From Ruditapes philippinarum (lineage: Eukaryota): DNA of 64,000 bases. The notes under the pieces were generated by a model. That model was not told where the DNA came from. It ran no database searches and worked only from the letters and a program-made list of their open reading frames with translations. Both the position numbers and the translations under genes were made by a program. Within the stretch, counting starts at the first letter, position 1. Each line of letters starts with the position of its first letter. The stretch covers positions 62,001-126,000 of the forward strand of contig NW_026852214.1 in the NCBI RefSeq assembly GCF_026571515.1, read 5' to 3'. Shown here one piece after another: positions 35,002 through 48,607 of the stretch.

Positions 35002-38000
35002 TTAACTACCAACGGATCCAAATCGAAAGCTGGACAAGTCCGTTCATTACAAGAAATTTAGTTTTGTAACGTTTAAGAAACAAAGGCAAATCTTTATTAT
35101 GACAGCCCAATCCAGTCTTCTTTAGAAAATAAACAAAAGAAGAAAGGACAGTGAGTCTTAAACTGCATTTAACTAACAATTTCCTTATTAATTAAGCATT
35201 GGATTGAATTGCCAAGTGTTATTTTGTTTTACAAATTCTAAACTTAAAAGTTTGAATTTACCGAAAATGCTTACACTATTTGCTTTGAATCTCAGTCTCA
35301 TAACATTGTCTTCAATTGTTTTAAGGTAAATGCTAACAGAAAACAATCTAAGTTACTGTGAGAAATCTAAATCATCTGTCTACAGCTTCAGTTATGACAG
35401 AAGAATCAATTCAACTACCTATTCATTACTCCACTTTGTAATTCTGCTTCTTTGAATTGCCAGCAATGTAATGATATGCCATATATCCTACTAACAATAG
35501 CAAAATTGATATTGTAACATACTTTTCATACCAGTGTGTACTCATATTTCAAATAATTTTTCTATATTTTTTTTCCTTTAGAAAGCACCTGGTTGAAATT
35601 TCAATAAAATGCAATGTGGTCTTAAATACCTTAATGTATTCGATCCCGATGAAATGAAAAATCATTAAAAGTTTCAGTTTTCATACATTAAAAAAATGTA
35701 TATATTTATATATTATACTGGTATAGATGTACTAAATATTTGATGGTATAGATGTACTAAATGTTTGATGCCAAATTAAAGTATAACGATGGATTTTAAA
35801 TTTTTTTACGACACAGTAGCGTATAATCAATGTACGTACAAAGATCCGTTCATCATACAGGTTGATATATTACGGAGTTTATAGCCTCGTGTAAGGATTG
35901 ATGATGACAAATGACATGTTTAGATTCCTGAGGTCAACATGCTAAATAAATATGTCAAAAATTTGCATGTATACATTAAATGAAAAAGACAAAAACAGCA
36001 ATAAATATAAGTAAGATATGGTTAAACAAACGAAAGAGAATAAATTCTTAAAAAAATGCACGAAAAGAAAACCAAAGATAGATATTTTATTTAAGTTTGA
36101 TAAATTTAACCATAATTCCCTGGCATTAACCTATTTGTTGCTTAATTATGTTAAAAAATAGTAACCTTAACAATTTTTTGTCGCAAAAATATTAACATCT
36201 ACAAATTCTTTAAGACAGTCAAATTTATTTAAAACTTTAAAGAAGAAACAAAAAAAGAAAAGAATCGATACAAAACTTTCTTTATGGAAAAGAAATTGCT
36301 ACAAGCCAAATTTTTTCAAATAAAAAAAAACAAAACAAAAATGATACGTCTTAAATAGTTGCTCATTAAATGATATAAATTTTTGTTCAGTTGCCATTTT
36401 TTCTCATTGTTTAATTAAAGATATATGTATGTACATATTTTGATAAAAGAATGTTTAATTGTTTTATTTGCCCCAAGGAAGCTCGGTGATTCATAATTGT
36501 ACATTCATTAGGAAATATTTCTTTGATGTTTTTATAATGACAGAATATTAAATAAAATCGACTTCAATTTAATATCAACACTTTGCGAGTTAATCATGTG
36601 GAAATTGTGTATCGAAAGTATATAATTATTCACTATTTCTCAAAAAAAAAAAAAGAAGAAAAAAATATTTGGTTTTTACTGTAATCTGACCTCCCTTGAC
36701 CATACATCGCCTGTTCTAAAATAAATGGGGTTAAACAAGGACCACATATCATAATCAAATCATTTATAACAGTAATCCAGACTATTAACTTAAGTTATTT
36801 CCAAGCAAACATCAAAACTAAAAAAGTATGTATTAACATTTTTTGAAACTAACTCAATAGCCATTACTGTAACCCTTCGATACAAGTAAAACATTAAAGC
36901 AGCACACCTCCAGGAAAGTAAACTTAACTACAACTTCAAAAAATTCTAAATTAAGAAAAAACAAATTCAAAGCTTTAGAAATATATCAATTATTCACATT
37001 TCAGTTTAACCTTTCAATATATTATTTCATAAATTTAACTATTTTCATCTCCAAAATTCTACCCATTTTATAATAGAAGGAGTAATAAAAATGTCTACTG
37101 ATCTTAACAAGTTATTAACTTATCTATATAAATTTTTAATAGTACAATTGCCTATATAAAGACAAGGTTCAGTTACTTAATATGCATGTTTGACAAGATA
37201 TTTTAATCATAACAAATACATGTATTGTGTTTTCATAGAAATTAAAATAGACACAAATTTAAAATCTGAAGGCATGCTGCTTTTCAGTAAATCATGGCAT
37301 TGTAACACTGGAGCCACATTGGCATGTGAAGAATTAAATTTGCTTATTTCCTCATTTTATTTTGACATTTAGAATTCAAAACAATTATTAAATTCAGCTC
37401 TATAAGTATAAGGTCAAAGCCCTGACTAACTCTGTTATTCTTAAAGGGCACAGGCTTGAATATTAAACATTTTACAATAAGGTGAAACCTCAAATTAGAA
37501 ATTATAATGAGCATAAATTTCTCAATAATTAGTCTAACATTGCAATTAAAACTGGTATTTTAATGTGAATTGATGAAACGTTTCCTCCTAATTCTGTCTT
37601 GTTTAACATGATCCAATGATGTCTTTGTCACTTTTATCAATTTCTAATATTTGCCAATTAAAGGTACTTGTTCAAAGTTGGTTAGAGTTTATTTTCTCAA
37701 CAATTTCAATCTTATTCTACAGATAAAATGCTGTAGAAAAATATACTAAATGACACTGGAAATAATATCTGTAGCAAAATGTAAATTAAAGTAAGTCAAT
37801 ATGAATTTTATACCAATTGAAATGATCTTTTTGCTGAAGCAATTCAAAAGCATAACTGACAGTGAACTATATTAAGCAAAAAATAAATAAAAAAAATTGT
37901 GGAACTTTTGTAGCTTAACCTTGAACTTGTCCTTACTATAGAATCTGGTCAGACAGCACAGAGGTACAGGTTAATCTGGCCCTATACTAAAAATAGTAAC

Positions 38001-38049
38001 TTTACTCAATACTGTATATCACTATTTTGCCGCCATAAGTCTGCATTAA

Positions 38050-38375
38050 AGGGACTCCACTGATTTTTTTATCACATGACAGAACTGGAAACAAGATTTG
38101 TTTACCATTCGACGTAGGTCTAATCCAATAAATTGTGTACACATTTTCAGATCATTCCCCGACTCCATTTTTCTAGAATGATAATTTTTATTGAGCAAAA
38201 GGATCCAAAAATGAAAAGCATTGTCAATTTTCACAAAGAATTTAACTTTCAATTCTATTCCTAGTATAATTCTTTATCATCCTTTGCGAATTTCTTAACT
38301 TCAGTTGTTTCACTTGATCTTTGTAAAAAAATTAAATTTTATATTTTTAGGCATTTTGACCTCAGTGTAGCCCCT
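38050..38375. mobile_element. TTAA-flanked Kolobok-like MITE, second family
   Basis: TTAA-AGGGACTCCACTGA...TCAGTGTAGCCCCT-TTAA. Interior shared with 62011-62347. Confidence 0.72.
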
Positions 38376-39084
38376 TTAAGTTCATTAAAAAAGAAATTGG
38401 TCACTAATTTTGTAGCTATTGTCTGATATCATTATATTTCAAGATTAGATAGTTCCTTTAATTGTTGGTAATTTATAATGTTTAATATGTAAATCAGGGA
38501 ATAAAATCTAATAATTATTTCCATGCCATGTGAGACCAGTAAATAATTATGTTGACTACAACAAAATGTAGCTAAAAACCGAATTGCAAAATAAAGCTTA
38601 AACACCTGTGACCCAGAAAATTGTAAAAATCATTTAATTAAATTGATAGGAGAAAATACTAGCTGAGTCAAAGGTATGTTACTAAAATTTATGCACATAA
38701 ATCTTATTTATTGACATATAATTTAAGAAATATCCAAATTTTCTGTAAGGTAAGCAGAATTAAATGAAAGAAAATATGACATTTAGATACATAGTTTTGT
38801 TAAACCAAATCTTGGACATACTGACAAAGAAAGAATATCATATAAGTAACAAACCATATTAAATATAAGTAGAAAATCAAACAAACTTTTCCTAAAATAT
38901 TTTTAGAAAAAGGACTTTAAAACTTTGCAGTTGTTTGAATTTCAATAAACAGATTCTATTTAAATTTTCAGAAATCCACTTTTTTCATTTGAAAATATTT
39001 TACTGTGAAAACATGCTCAGAGAAAGAAAATTATAATGAATACAGTTAAGTTAAATAATGACAATATAAGTATTATGTAAGTTA

Positions 39085-42006
39085 TTAAACAAGCGTTGAT
39101 AATTTAGAATCTCCGCCACTGCTTCCACTATCTAGTCTAGTTCGAGACCCACTATGTCTTGGATTCGATGAGTTTGAATGAAAAGAAAGGTTGCCATCAG
39201 TGTTTGTTTCCTTTTTCGGCACTTGTCTTGCTTCGTTCATCACAGCTGCATTTTTACGCGAAATTACTGCCATACGCGATTCAACTGAGTTTTTAATCTG
39301 TTGACTACGCATTGTTGCGCTGGTCGATTGAGCACGAGGTCGCATGTCACTCGAGCCAGACTGGTTTTCATTTACCTGATGGCGATATGACAGTGGCATT
39401 GCATGAAAACTATGTCTCTGCGTCCCAGGACTATTTATAGAATCGAAAGATTGATCATGTGTTTGAAAAAGCTTTTTTATATCCCGAGAACTTGCAAATA
39501 CTGGCCTTTTTCGTAAGCTTTCCAGTGACACATACTGTCCTTTCTTCAGTTTTTCTTCATATTCAATTTGCGCTAAACAATACTGAGGCAAATCACCCAT
39601 ATTCATGTACTCTGCCTCTTGTTCATATTCAAAGGAACTACTTTTTTGTTCAATCACAGGAGTAGGTTCAACCGTCACAGGTATCACATTCTTTTGTTTG
39701 CTCTTATTACTTTTAGATTCCTTACCATCTTCACTATGCTTCTTACTTGATGGTTTAAACATATTCGGTAAAATTTGTAAGAACTTATTCTTAGATCCAC
39801 TTGATTCTTTTTCCTTTTCTTTCCCTGATTTTTGACTCTTCAAAGTGGAGGATTTGGTGGTACTGCCATTTTTCTCTTTTGAATCTCTCAATATTCCCTG
39901 AATGTTTGATCCCTGACTTGAACCTGGATTCTGACCCTGGGCAATGGCCGGCTCAGATCCATAGTTTTGAGGTCTATAATAATTGTCTTGCCCATACATT
40001 GTATTAATTTTCTTTTCCTGAAAGTAGTTCACTTTAGAATCAGTTCTACTGTATTTTTCTACCTGTTGGTCAAACCCGTAATAATTGCGATAATTTAAGT
40101 CCATATCGCTCCATTTTTCCAAAAAGTCATCACTTAAAGCTTCTAGTGGTGATTTTGGAGAATTAAGTGTCTGTGCCAAATTTTCATTTCCTTCAACCAC
40201 TTCATTCACTGGTTGAAAGCTTGATAAGCTAGTACTTCTACTGCTCCTGTTCAATGAATAAAACCCTTCATCCCCACTAGGACTCACATAAATTTTACCA
40301 CTTCCACTTGCGGTGCGATACCTTGGATCTCCACTTCCTCCACGAAGAACGAAAGGTCCGCTATTTAAACTGTCTGTAGCACTAATTTCACTGTCCTCCT
40401 CCCAATTGTTCCCACCCCTTTGTTCTGGATATCTGTCATTATTTCCAGTTTGAGACATAAAAACATCATCATTAGTTCTGTCGGCAACATCATTAGCGTT
40501 TCTACCTACAGAACCCATTAAATGATGATTTGAATTATAATGCGGTGGTACACGAGGGGCAGTAGTATTAATCTCATTTGTTTGCGGTGTCTGTGGTAAC
40601 ACTCTTTCTCGCCTTCTTTCAGAGCTTACGTTACCACTTTTATCACTGTCCATCACATATAACTGCCGATTCACCCTTCTTAAGTCATTTGGTGAAACAT
40701 TTATAAACGGTGGTTCAGAATTGGCATTATGCCCTGTATGGGAATCATACGAATTTGGTAAGTTTCCATTCCTTAGCACTGATTTATCACTCGGTTTAGA
40801 ATTTCTACGTCCAACAATGTTCATACCATGACTGTTTTTATCCCTATCAATTACCCCCCTCTGAGAGTTTGCTGACCCTTCTTCCTCGATTATAGTTAAT
40901 TCCCTTAACTGATCTTGAACAGTGTTATCTGATGCCTCAATCATTCTCTGTTTTCTTTTTACAGCCCAGTTTTCTCTTACTGAATTTGGTTTTATTGCAC
41001 CATTTGGTAAAATCACTTTTTTATTACCTCCATTATAAGAGTTCTCAAAGTCATTTGAACCGAAGCTTGATGAAAACGGAGAAGAAACTGTACCTGAACT
41101 TGAATTAGTCCCATAGCCATCGTCAGGGCTGTCATTTGGGCTGCCGTGATTACTGTTTGTTTTACTGTCAGCACTTTCTGGTGAAGATACGGTATTATTA
41201 TGATCAGTCCGAATATGGAGAGGTATAACTTTACTATAAATAACTTCCTCTTTTTCATTTCTAGGACCGTTTGCTAGATCACTTTCCATACCTTTAGAGT
41301 CTGCAAAATGTATATGAAGATTTTTCTTTCCTTGTATACTAGCTTTGGACTTGTTTGTGTCCAGACATTCTGTTTTAGTTTTTATTGAAGTGAATTTTTT
41401 AAGACTATGATCTATTCGCTCTTTGTTCTTCATCTCCTCTTCAGTTGTCATCATAATCATGGTGTCTGCTGAGGAATCACTATGATCACTTGTGGAGTCA
41501 ATACAGTCCAAAGGGTCAAAGTTTCGAAACATTTCCTCCGTTGTTTGTGGGGTAATGTATTTCATTGGTGGGGACAAAACACCTTTCGGACCAGTCTGTT
41601 CATAATCTGTTTCTTTTTGCCAAAGTTTATCATGACTAGTAACATTTATTCGTGTTAAAGGTTTTGGTTCCGTGGTTTTAAACTCACTAGGAGTTTGAGG
41701 TAACTGACGTTTCTTTTCTCTCAGCGGTAAGCCATTTTCTATAGGTTTTGGTAGTATTTTACCATTTTCATTTTTTAAATGAAAAGATACCCCATTTTCT
41801 TTTTGTTTAGGAACTCTGTTGGGTCTAGGTGGGGGCGGGCGAGGGGGTGGTGACGAATTGTCCACATCTGCAAATCGTGTCTGCTTTTGTCGTAGTGAAC
41901 TTCTTTGACCAGTATCGTTTGCAGACATTTTTCGAAATCTTTCTTGCTCATTACCGAAGTAAACGGGCCTGGCGTAGAATGTATTTGGATTTGCGGAAGC
42001 CATCAT
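39085..42006 (-). CDS. Uncharacterized 973-aa Ser/Asn-rich intrinsically disordered protein, probable signalling scaffold (single coding exon)
   Basis: 2.9-kb uninterrupted ORF in AT-rich DNA with no TE domains and no recognisable folded domain. In-frame TGA at 42030-28 upstream of the ATG. Motifs: PPPRPPPPRP, RQLPQTP, RVLPQTP, VIYSKV, YMNM, C-terminal STLV. Confidence 0.85.
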   Translation of the reverse strand: MMASANPNTFYARPVYFGNEQERFRKMSANDTGQRSSLRQKQTRFADVDNSSPPPRPPPPRPNRVPKQKENGVSFHLKNENGKILPKPIENGLPLREKKRQLPQTPSEFKTTEPKPLTRINVTSHDKLWQKETDYEQTGPKGVLSPPMKYITPQTTEEMFRNFDPLDCIDSTSDHSDSSADTMIMMTTEEEMKNKERIDHSLKKFTSIKTKTECLDTNKSKASIQGKKNLHIHFADSKGMESDLANGPRNEKEEVIYSKVIPLHIRTDHNNTVSSPESADSKTNSNHGSPNDSPDDGYGTNSSSGTVSSPFSSSFGSNDFENSYNGGNKKVILPNGAIKPNSVRENWAVKRKQRMIEASDNTVQDQLRELTIIEEEGSANSQRGVIDRDKNSHGMNIVGRRNSKPSDKSVLRNGNLPNSYDSHTGHNANSEPPFINVSPNDLRRVNRQLYVMDSDKSGNVSSERRRERVLPQTPQTNEINTTAPRVPPHYNSNHHLMGSVGRNANDVADRTNDDVFMSQTGNNDRYPEQRGGNNWEEDSEISATDSLNSGPFVLRGGSGDPRYRTASGSGKIYVSPSGDEGFYSLNRSSRSTSLSSFQPVNEVVEGNENLAQTLNSPKSPLEALSDDFLEKWSDMDLNYRNYYGFDQQVEKYSRTDSKVNYFQEKKINTMYGQDNYYRPQNYGSEPAIAQGQNPGSSQGSNIQGILRDSKEKNGSTTKSSTLKSQKSGKEKEKESSGSKNKFLQILPNMFKPSSKKHSEDGKESKSNKSKQKNVIPVTVEPTPVIEQKSSSFEYEQEAEYMNMGDLPQYCLAQIEYEEKLKKGQYVSLESLRKRPVFASSRDIKKLFQTHDQSFDSINSPGTQRHSFHAMPLSYRHQVNENQSGSSDMRPRAQSTSATMRSQQIKNSVESRMAVISRKNAAVMNEARQVPKKETNTDGNLSFHSNSSNPRHSGSRTRLDSGSSGGDSKLSTLV

Positions 42007-42288
42007 TATTATTTTAATTCCATAGTATCAAATAATATACAAAGATCACTTGATAACTTGAATGATATACTCCAATGTATAGATTTGCGAAAATTCAAGT
42101 ATTCCAAAAAGATTTAAACTCCAATAATTATATTCAGATTCAAACTTCTGTCATAATCTTAATTCAATCCATGGAATATGTAAATTTCTGCTGTCAGGGT
42201 TTCCTAACTTCCTACGTTGCCATTGTAACAGTACATCTGTAGTCATGGTTACCAGTTCTATTCATGGACCTGGAAATATAAAAGAAGA
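42007..42288 (-). promoter_or_regulatory. Splice acceptor and 5' UTR part of the coding exon, with 7 upstream ATGs
   Basis: Minus strand CTTCTTTTATATTTCCAG|GTCC (AG at 42271-70), followed by 263 nt of leader containing short uORFs. Confidence 0.6.
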
Positions 42289-43589
42289 TACATATTAAAT
42301 ACTAAAATTTTGAACTCTTTTTCAAATTTTCAATGGTCACATGTCATGGAGGGTATTATAAATTGTATAATGAAAATAAATTTACTAAGTCATAATTATA
42401 GTCATCTTCATTTTAGTGATTATTTATTAAACTTTCCAAACTTTTCATAATACTGTTCTTGTAGCCAACTGTTTCCCAGCTGGTATGAATCTATATCAAC
42501 ATCATAGGAAATTCATAGTCCCGGCTAGCAATTACATTTAGGTTTTTTTTGTTTTTTTGTTTTTTTTTCCTTCAGATTTTATCCCATTATAATGTTTCAA
42601 ATTGACTTTTACATTTATCATCAAATAAACAGTAATGTTTCTCATAGTCAAATAAACAATCTGCACATAAAATCTATAAAAAAAACTTAAAAATGTTTTA
42701 CATATGCATCACCAACCAGGGCCACATCAGCTTATGCTAAATATTTTAAACAGCTAGGGCCAATAAAGTTTGCCTTGTGGTATTCGATTATTTAAATGTT
42801 TTGTATTTTTGTGTCGTCAACAGTGGGGAAGAATTTCCTCATGAAATTAACCCTTCCTAATTGGGTCCACATTTCATTCTTTATTTATTTCATATTCAAC
42901 ATGCCTGCCATATATATGTATTTATTATAATAATGTCCTTTGATTAAATATTTATAATCGAAATTCCTTTCGCTACTTTCAAGTAATTTAATAATAATAT
43001 GTGATTGTACCTAAGGGCCTAAACTTGATGAATCAGACAGAATGTAAAAAGGGAAATTAACAATAAAAATGGCATATAATTTCAGTTGAAATGAATGGTA
43101 GATGACTAAACTAAAAGCAACTTTACTTACAAAAAAAATTCTGTTGTTTTGTTAGACTTTTTTCATTTCTATAATACAATTTTATATTATATATACAGGT
43201 TTTATACAACATGTATGTAAAATATTATGTGTTATATAATATATAATGTGTTAAAAATATAGAAAAAATGAAGTTCTTAAAATTAAAATTACTTTCATAA
43301 TACTATGTATAAAGATTAGACAGGTAATATGGTCCTATATAAATGGTTGATTGCATAAAAGTGGCTGGGGTTATATTGCAAACAACCATTTATAATATAA
43401 GGTCATATAACTTGTGAAGAATCTTTATAATGAATTTATAATACAAGTTTCCATTTTTAGAATTAAGGAAGAAAAAAATCGTCATAAATTGAGAGTAGCA
43501 GTGTATTTAAAAAAGTATATGAACATCATGATTTTCCAATGAAAAAGGACTTTACAAACAATGTATATTCATTACTGTGTATCATAATT

Positions 43590-43825
43590 GAGCTGCTTCG
43601 CGACAAAACCCAACATAATGGGTTTGTGACCAGCATGGATCCAGACCAGCCTGCGCATCCGCGCAGTCTGACCAGGATACATGCTGTTCGCTATCAGTTT
43701 CTCTACTTGTAATAGGGTTGGTAAGCAAACAGCATGGATCCTGATCAGACTGCGCTGATGCCCAGGCTGGTCTGGATCCATGCTGGTCGCAAACCCATCA
43801 TGTTGGTTTTGTCATGACACGGCTC
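43590..43825. mobile_element. Foldback MITE, copy 2 of 5
   Basis: Same arms as 31185-31425; loop in opposite orientation. Confidence 0.92.
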
Positions 43826-44342
43826 AATTATGTAACATATGCTTCATGTAAATTTAACTTATTCATTTTTTTACATAAAAGATCTTTCATATGTACAAAA
43901 TTTTATAATTGTACTATAAAAGTTAATAATGTTCCTCATAAACAGAGTGTGAACAAGCAAGAAACTTGTCACACCTGCTTTATTATTTAACACAAATTTG
44001 AGAAATGTTTAGCATAACTTTCAACAATATCATTTCATGACAGTTTTCTGCTGATATGTCAAAACACACCTCATTCATACATTATGCCTTGCATAAAATC
44101 TGACTTGATAGCAAAAAGACAAACTAAAACTGTTTTATTTAGGCTATCTCAATGATTTTGGAAAGACATGTATCCATGTCTTAGTTTTAAAACTTCTTTA
44201 TGTGTTCCACCTTTGATATTATAACACCAGAACTGTACATTCCATTTTTCAAATGTTTATAAGCATAGATCTCTATGATATAACACTATAATAATCATTA
44301 AAAGTCACATGTACATGTATATAAACTACATTAACCTGTTAC

Positions 44343-44720
44343 TGGAGGGACAAGATTGGAGGGGAAAACAATGAGGGGACAAGATTAGAGGGACAAGACT
44401 GAGGAACAAGATTGGAGGGACAAGACTGAGGAACAAGATTTTAGAGGGCCAAGACTCTGGGAACAAAATTGGAGGAACAAGTCTTGAGGGACAATAATTT
44501 TGGGACATGATTGGGGGACAAGACAAAAGGGACAAAATTTAGAGGACAAAATTTGAAAAACAAGATCCAGGGGACAAATTCATGTGTGTGTGTGGGGGGG
44601 GGGGGGGGGGGAGAGAGACTGGATGGACAAGTTGAAGTGACAAAATTGAGGGGGCAATAGTCTAGGAACAACATTACAAGATTCAATAGCGAATATTGGA
44701 GGAACAAGACTGAAGGGTCA
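44343..44720 (+). repeat. ~16-17 bp minisatellite (GAGGGACAAGATTG/ACT)n with embedded G-run
   Basis: About 20 degenerate GG(G/A)ACAAGA units; poly-G at ~44594-44611. Confidence 0.85.
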
Positions 44721-47700
44721 AGTTTTAAACATTTTTTAGACATAGTATAGTCAAGACAGCTACATATAAAATTGGTGTCAAATGATTAAAGACCTCTCAG
44801 AGCACATCTTTTTCATAAAGTGTAATCAGCTAATTTAGAAGTTTCTGTAAGCTACACTTTCCACTTTCAGTTTTTAACTTGTGAAGATCTTACTTCATTT
44901 CCTCTATCTATACTTGATCAAAACAAAAGATATTCCGCCACTGCAACTAAATTAACTGCATGCAACAAAAAAAACTACCACTGCTAGTAAATTACATAAC
45001 AACATGCGACAGAAATATTATCACCTGCAATTTTCATCCCAACATAATCTGATATGGTTCATGTTACACAATACTCCTGGTATTAGATTCTTTGAAATAC
45101 TTTACAATGCACAATGAAAATCTCATATTTAAAACAGCATGTAGCCTTATTAAGACAAATCAATAATCTACAAACAAAGAGCTATAAGCCTTGCTTATGT
45201 TTCATTCTTTCAAGGTATTTTCATATCAATTTTCATTTTACCTCAAATTGATCTTTTCAAAACTATATATGCCTCTTTGAATCAAGAGTTATACAAGTCA
45301 TTGATGTAGTTGAATGAATTAACACTTATGTAAATGAAAGTTCTGTTTCAACATCATATTAGTCATAATGTAAATTTTAATGTTAATCATAAACTAAATT
45401 ATAATAATAATTATTAGACAAAGTACATATGCAGCAATAAAATATCTTCTTTTTATGGTAATCAAATAACAACTTCTTTTGTAATGCGATTTTTATAATA
45501 ATTAATGTAAGTAAGATAAATAAACTGATTTTTCTATAAAATACATTGTCTGGGTTTTTTTTTTGTTTTTTTTGTTGTTCAGTTATATTTTGCTAAACAC
45601 TGTAAAGGTTATATGGCAACTCTCCAGCTTTACTTGTGGAGGAAGACCTGAGATTGAGCGTGTCACTTAAAAAATTAGCTGAAATTTAAGTCTCATCACA
45701 GAAAAAATATTCCATTCAAAACAACATCCATCTAAAAATTTGCCACTTACAATAGTGAGATAATATAAGCCAAACGTAGACAAAACAAGCATTACATATA
45801 TTGAACACGTAAATTCTAAAAAATAAATACAGATTGAGAACGAACATCTTCTTAATGAGATATATTTCATATCTAATCACAACAAATTATTAAACATCAT
45901 CCATTTAATAAACAATATTACTACTGTACAAACTCTTATTCCATAAGATATATTCTATATTCAATCCAGTATAACTTATTGCATAGTCCTTCATATCAGA
46001 ATGATAAAACATCATTCATTTCATATAAAATACCACTGCTTACTATGAGATATATTCTATATTCAATCCAGTATAACTTATTCCATATTCCTTCATATAA
46101 CATCATTCATTTCATATAAAATACTACTGATTCCTATGAGATATATTTCATATCCAATCCTGTATGATATATTCCACAATCCCTCTGTCAGATCAGATAT
46201 TATCCATTTTCTTCACAACACACAAGATATATTTCCATAATCAACAAAAACAAAATCAAATTTTCATTGATATTTCAAATAATTATACATATAAAATACA
46301 ACAAGAACCTTCCCCCTTAAAAATATTCCACAATCCCTCAAGTATCATCCTTATAATATTAACATTACAATATAAAATAACAATTTTGCACCTTGACAAA
46401 AATACAGCCTACCTTTAACTTTAAAATCTACGATCATTCCAATACAAAAACGGGAAAAAAAATCTCAACGTAAAAAGATCAATGGTTTATTAATCGTCCA
46501 GTTATACTGGTTATTATTCACGTAAATTTTTGATATCACAATTTGATCTTAAATTAAAATTTGGCAAGACTCCGCGAACCCAATGACGCCAGGTTTTTAT
46601 ACGGAAAAAACACTCATTACAAAGGGTAATGAGAAAATAATTTTCATATTTTACGACTGAAACGAGAAGTGATCTTATAAAAAAAGGAAAACATGTAAAA
46701 AAAGTTCAATTTAAAAAAATTCTTAACTGTTTTGATAAATGAATATTACATTTACGACCATCGCTGGATAAAAGGGCGATCCTTTTGTGACAAAAGATCG
46801 GGATTGCGCTCAAAAGATCGGAGTTATTTGCGAGGATTTGAGATTGTCCGTCATGTTTTTGTCTTCCATTATAAAGGAAGAATGTGGTCCAGATTTTACT
46901 GTATGATAAATCGCTTAATGATTTAACAGTAAATAAACTGACCTTACAAACATAATGATCAGTGAAAACATTGTGTGCCCATTTTTGTTAATGAATGGAC
47001 ATAAAGCTTTTTCACCCTTTTTTCTCTCAAAAATTCAAAATGTTATCTCTCTGGTCAAAGGAAATTTTGTCAGCTATTGATGTATTGCTTTCTAAAATAA
47101 GAGACTTAAAATAGAGTGATATCTTCATTTAAAGAGCCTGAAATCTATAACCCTATTCTGATATGCTTGAAAATTATGAAGAAAAATCAACATCATTAAG
47201 GATTTGAAAAGAGTACTGAAAGAATTTTTAAACATTTATGTTGTCATAATGAAATCTATATCCAACTAAGTTATACTAGGTCTTGTGCCACTATGTGAAT
47301 TTCAGAAATGATTTTCTATGCTGATCTTAACAATACACTCCCCCCACACCCCAAACCCCTCCCCCACACCCAGTCTATCCATTCTGTACAAAAAGGTGGC
47401 TGCCTGATCAATACTAAAAATTTTAGTGGTGCTCATTTTAAACCTTATGCACATGCCTCTAGTATACAGCAAGACTAGCCTGCACAACACCTTCCCTTAA
47501 ATTCTCTTCATAACTCAGGAGTAGAACTTTGATGTTGTAATTAATAGGGAGAGTTGTTAAATTATAATACATATAATATTATGATATTGCACAATACAAT
47601 CAACCAGTATAATTTAAATTTCTCTCTTGTGAAAATACCCATTGGTTTTTCATATGTAAAACACAGACAAAAAGAAACCATCATTACAGGCATGAAATTA

Positions 47701-48372
47701 TTATAATTTCTTACATCGTAGATACATGTACATTAAAATTGTATTTATATTAACCCAACATTTGGAAAAAAAAGATTGACACCACTATGCTGTAAACTTG
47801 CATCACTGAATTGCATTGAGTGTGTTTGTGTTTTCCATTAATTTAGATAATTTTTTTTAAGATAACTTTACTTAAGACACCTTGAGGTGTACAGCATTTG
47901 CATAATTATTAAAGAGTAACCTTAAAAATCTCCACTTAAGTTTAGCTCTAAATGTGTACAAGAGGCTTTTAGCGTTACAATAAAGCTCTTTTATTTTGTG
48001 TCTCTTAAATGGAGCAATACTGCACTCTGTGTGTGAAAATTTAAACAAGCAAATCATCATTATACATCCTTAATACATCCTTAATCAACCCAGTATAACA
48101 CATTAAATTTACTGTCAGATCTATTAAATTAGCTTTATATTATTTGCTTTATAATATTGTCGAAAAACTGGCTGTTATTCAAGGTCTATCAAACTTCATT
48201 AGAAATTTTGCACAGCGATATCTGTTGTTTGTCCCAAAGTTTGTAAAAGTTTCTCGTCATTTTCCCACACATTATCACAAACTGTTACCCGTCACTTCAC
48301 ACCTGGTTTTTTTTTAATTCTTCTCTTCCTACCTTTTACAATTCAATTCAATTATATACAAGATTTACATTT

Positions 48373-48607
48373 GAGCCATGTTATGACAAAACCAACATAG
48401 TGCGTTTGCGACCAGCATGGATCCAGACCAGCCTGCGCATCTGCGCAGTCTGATCAGGATCCATGCTGTTCGCTATCAGTTTCTTTACTTGTAATAGGGT
48501 TGGTAAGCGAACAGCATGGATCCTGATCAGACTGCGCGGATGCACAGGCTGGTCTGGATCCATGCTGGTCGCAAACCCATTATGTTGGTTTTGTCATGAC
48601 GCGGCTC
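48373..48607. mobile_element. Foldback MITE, copy 3 of 5
   Basis: Same family arms and loop. Confidence 0.92.
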
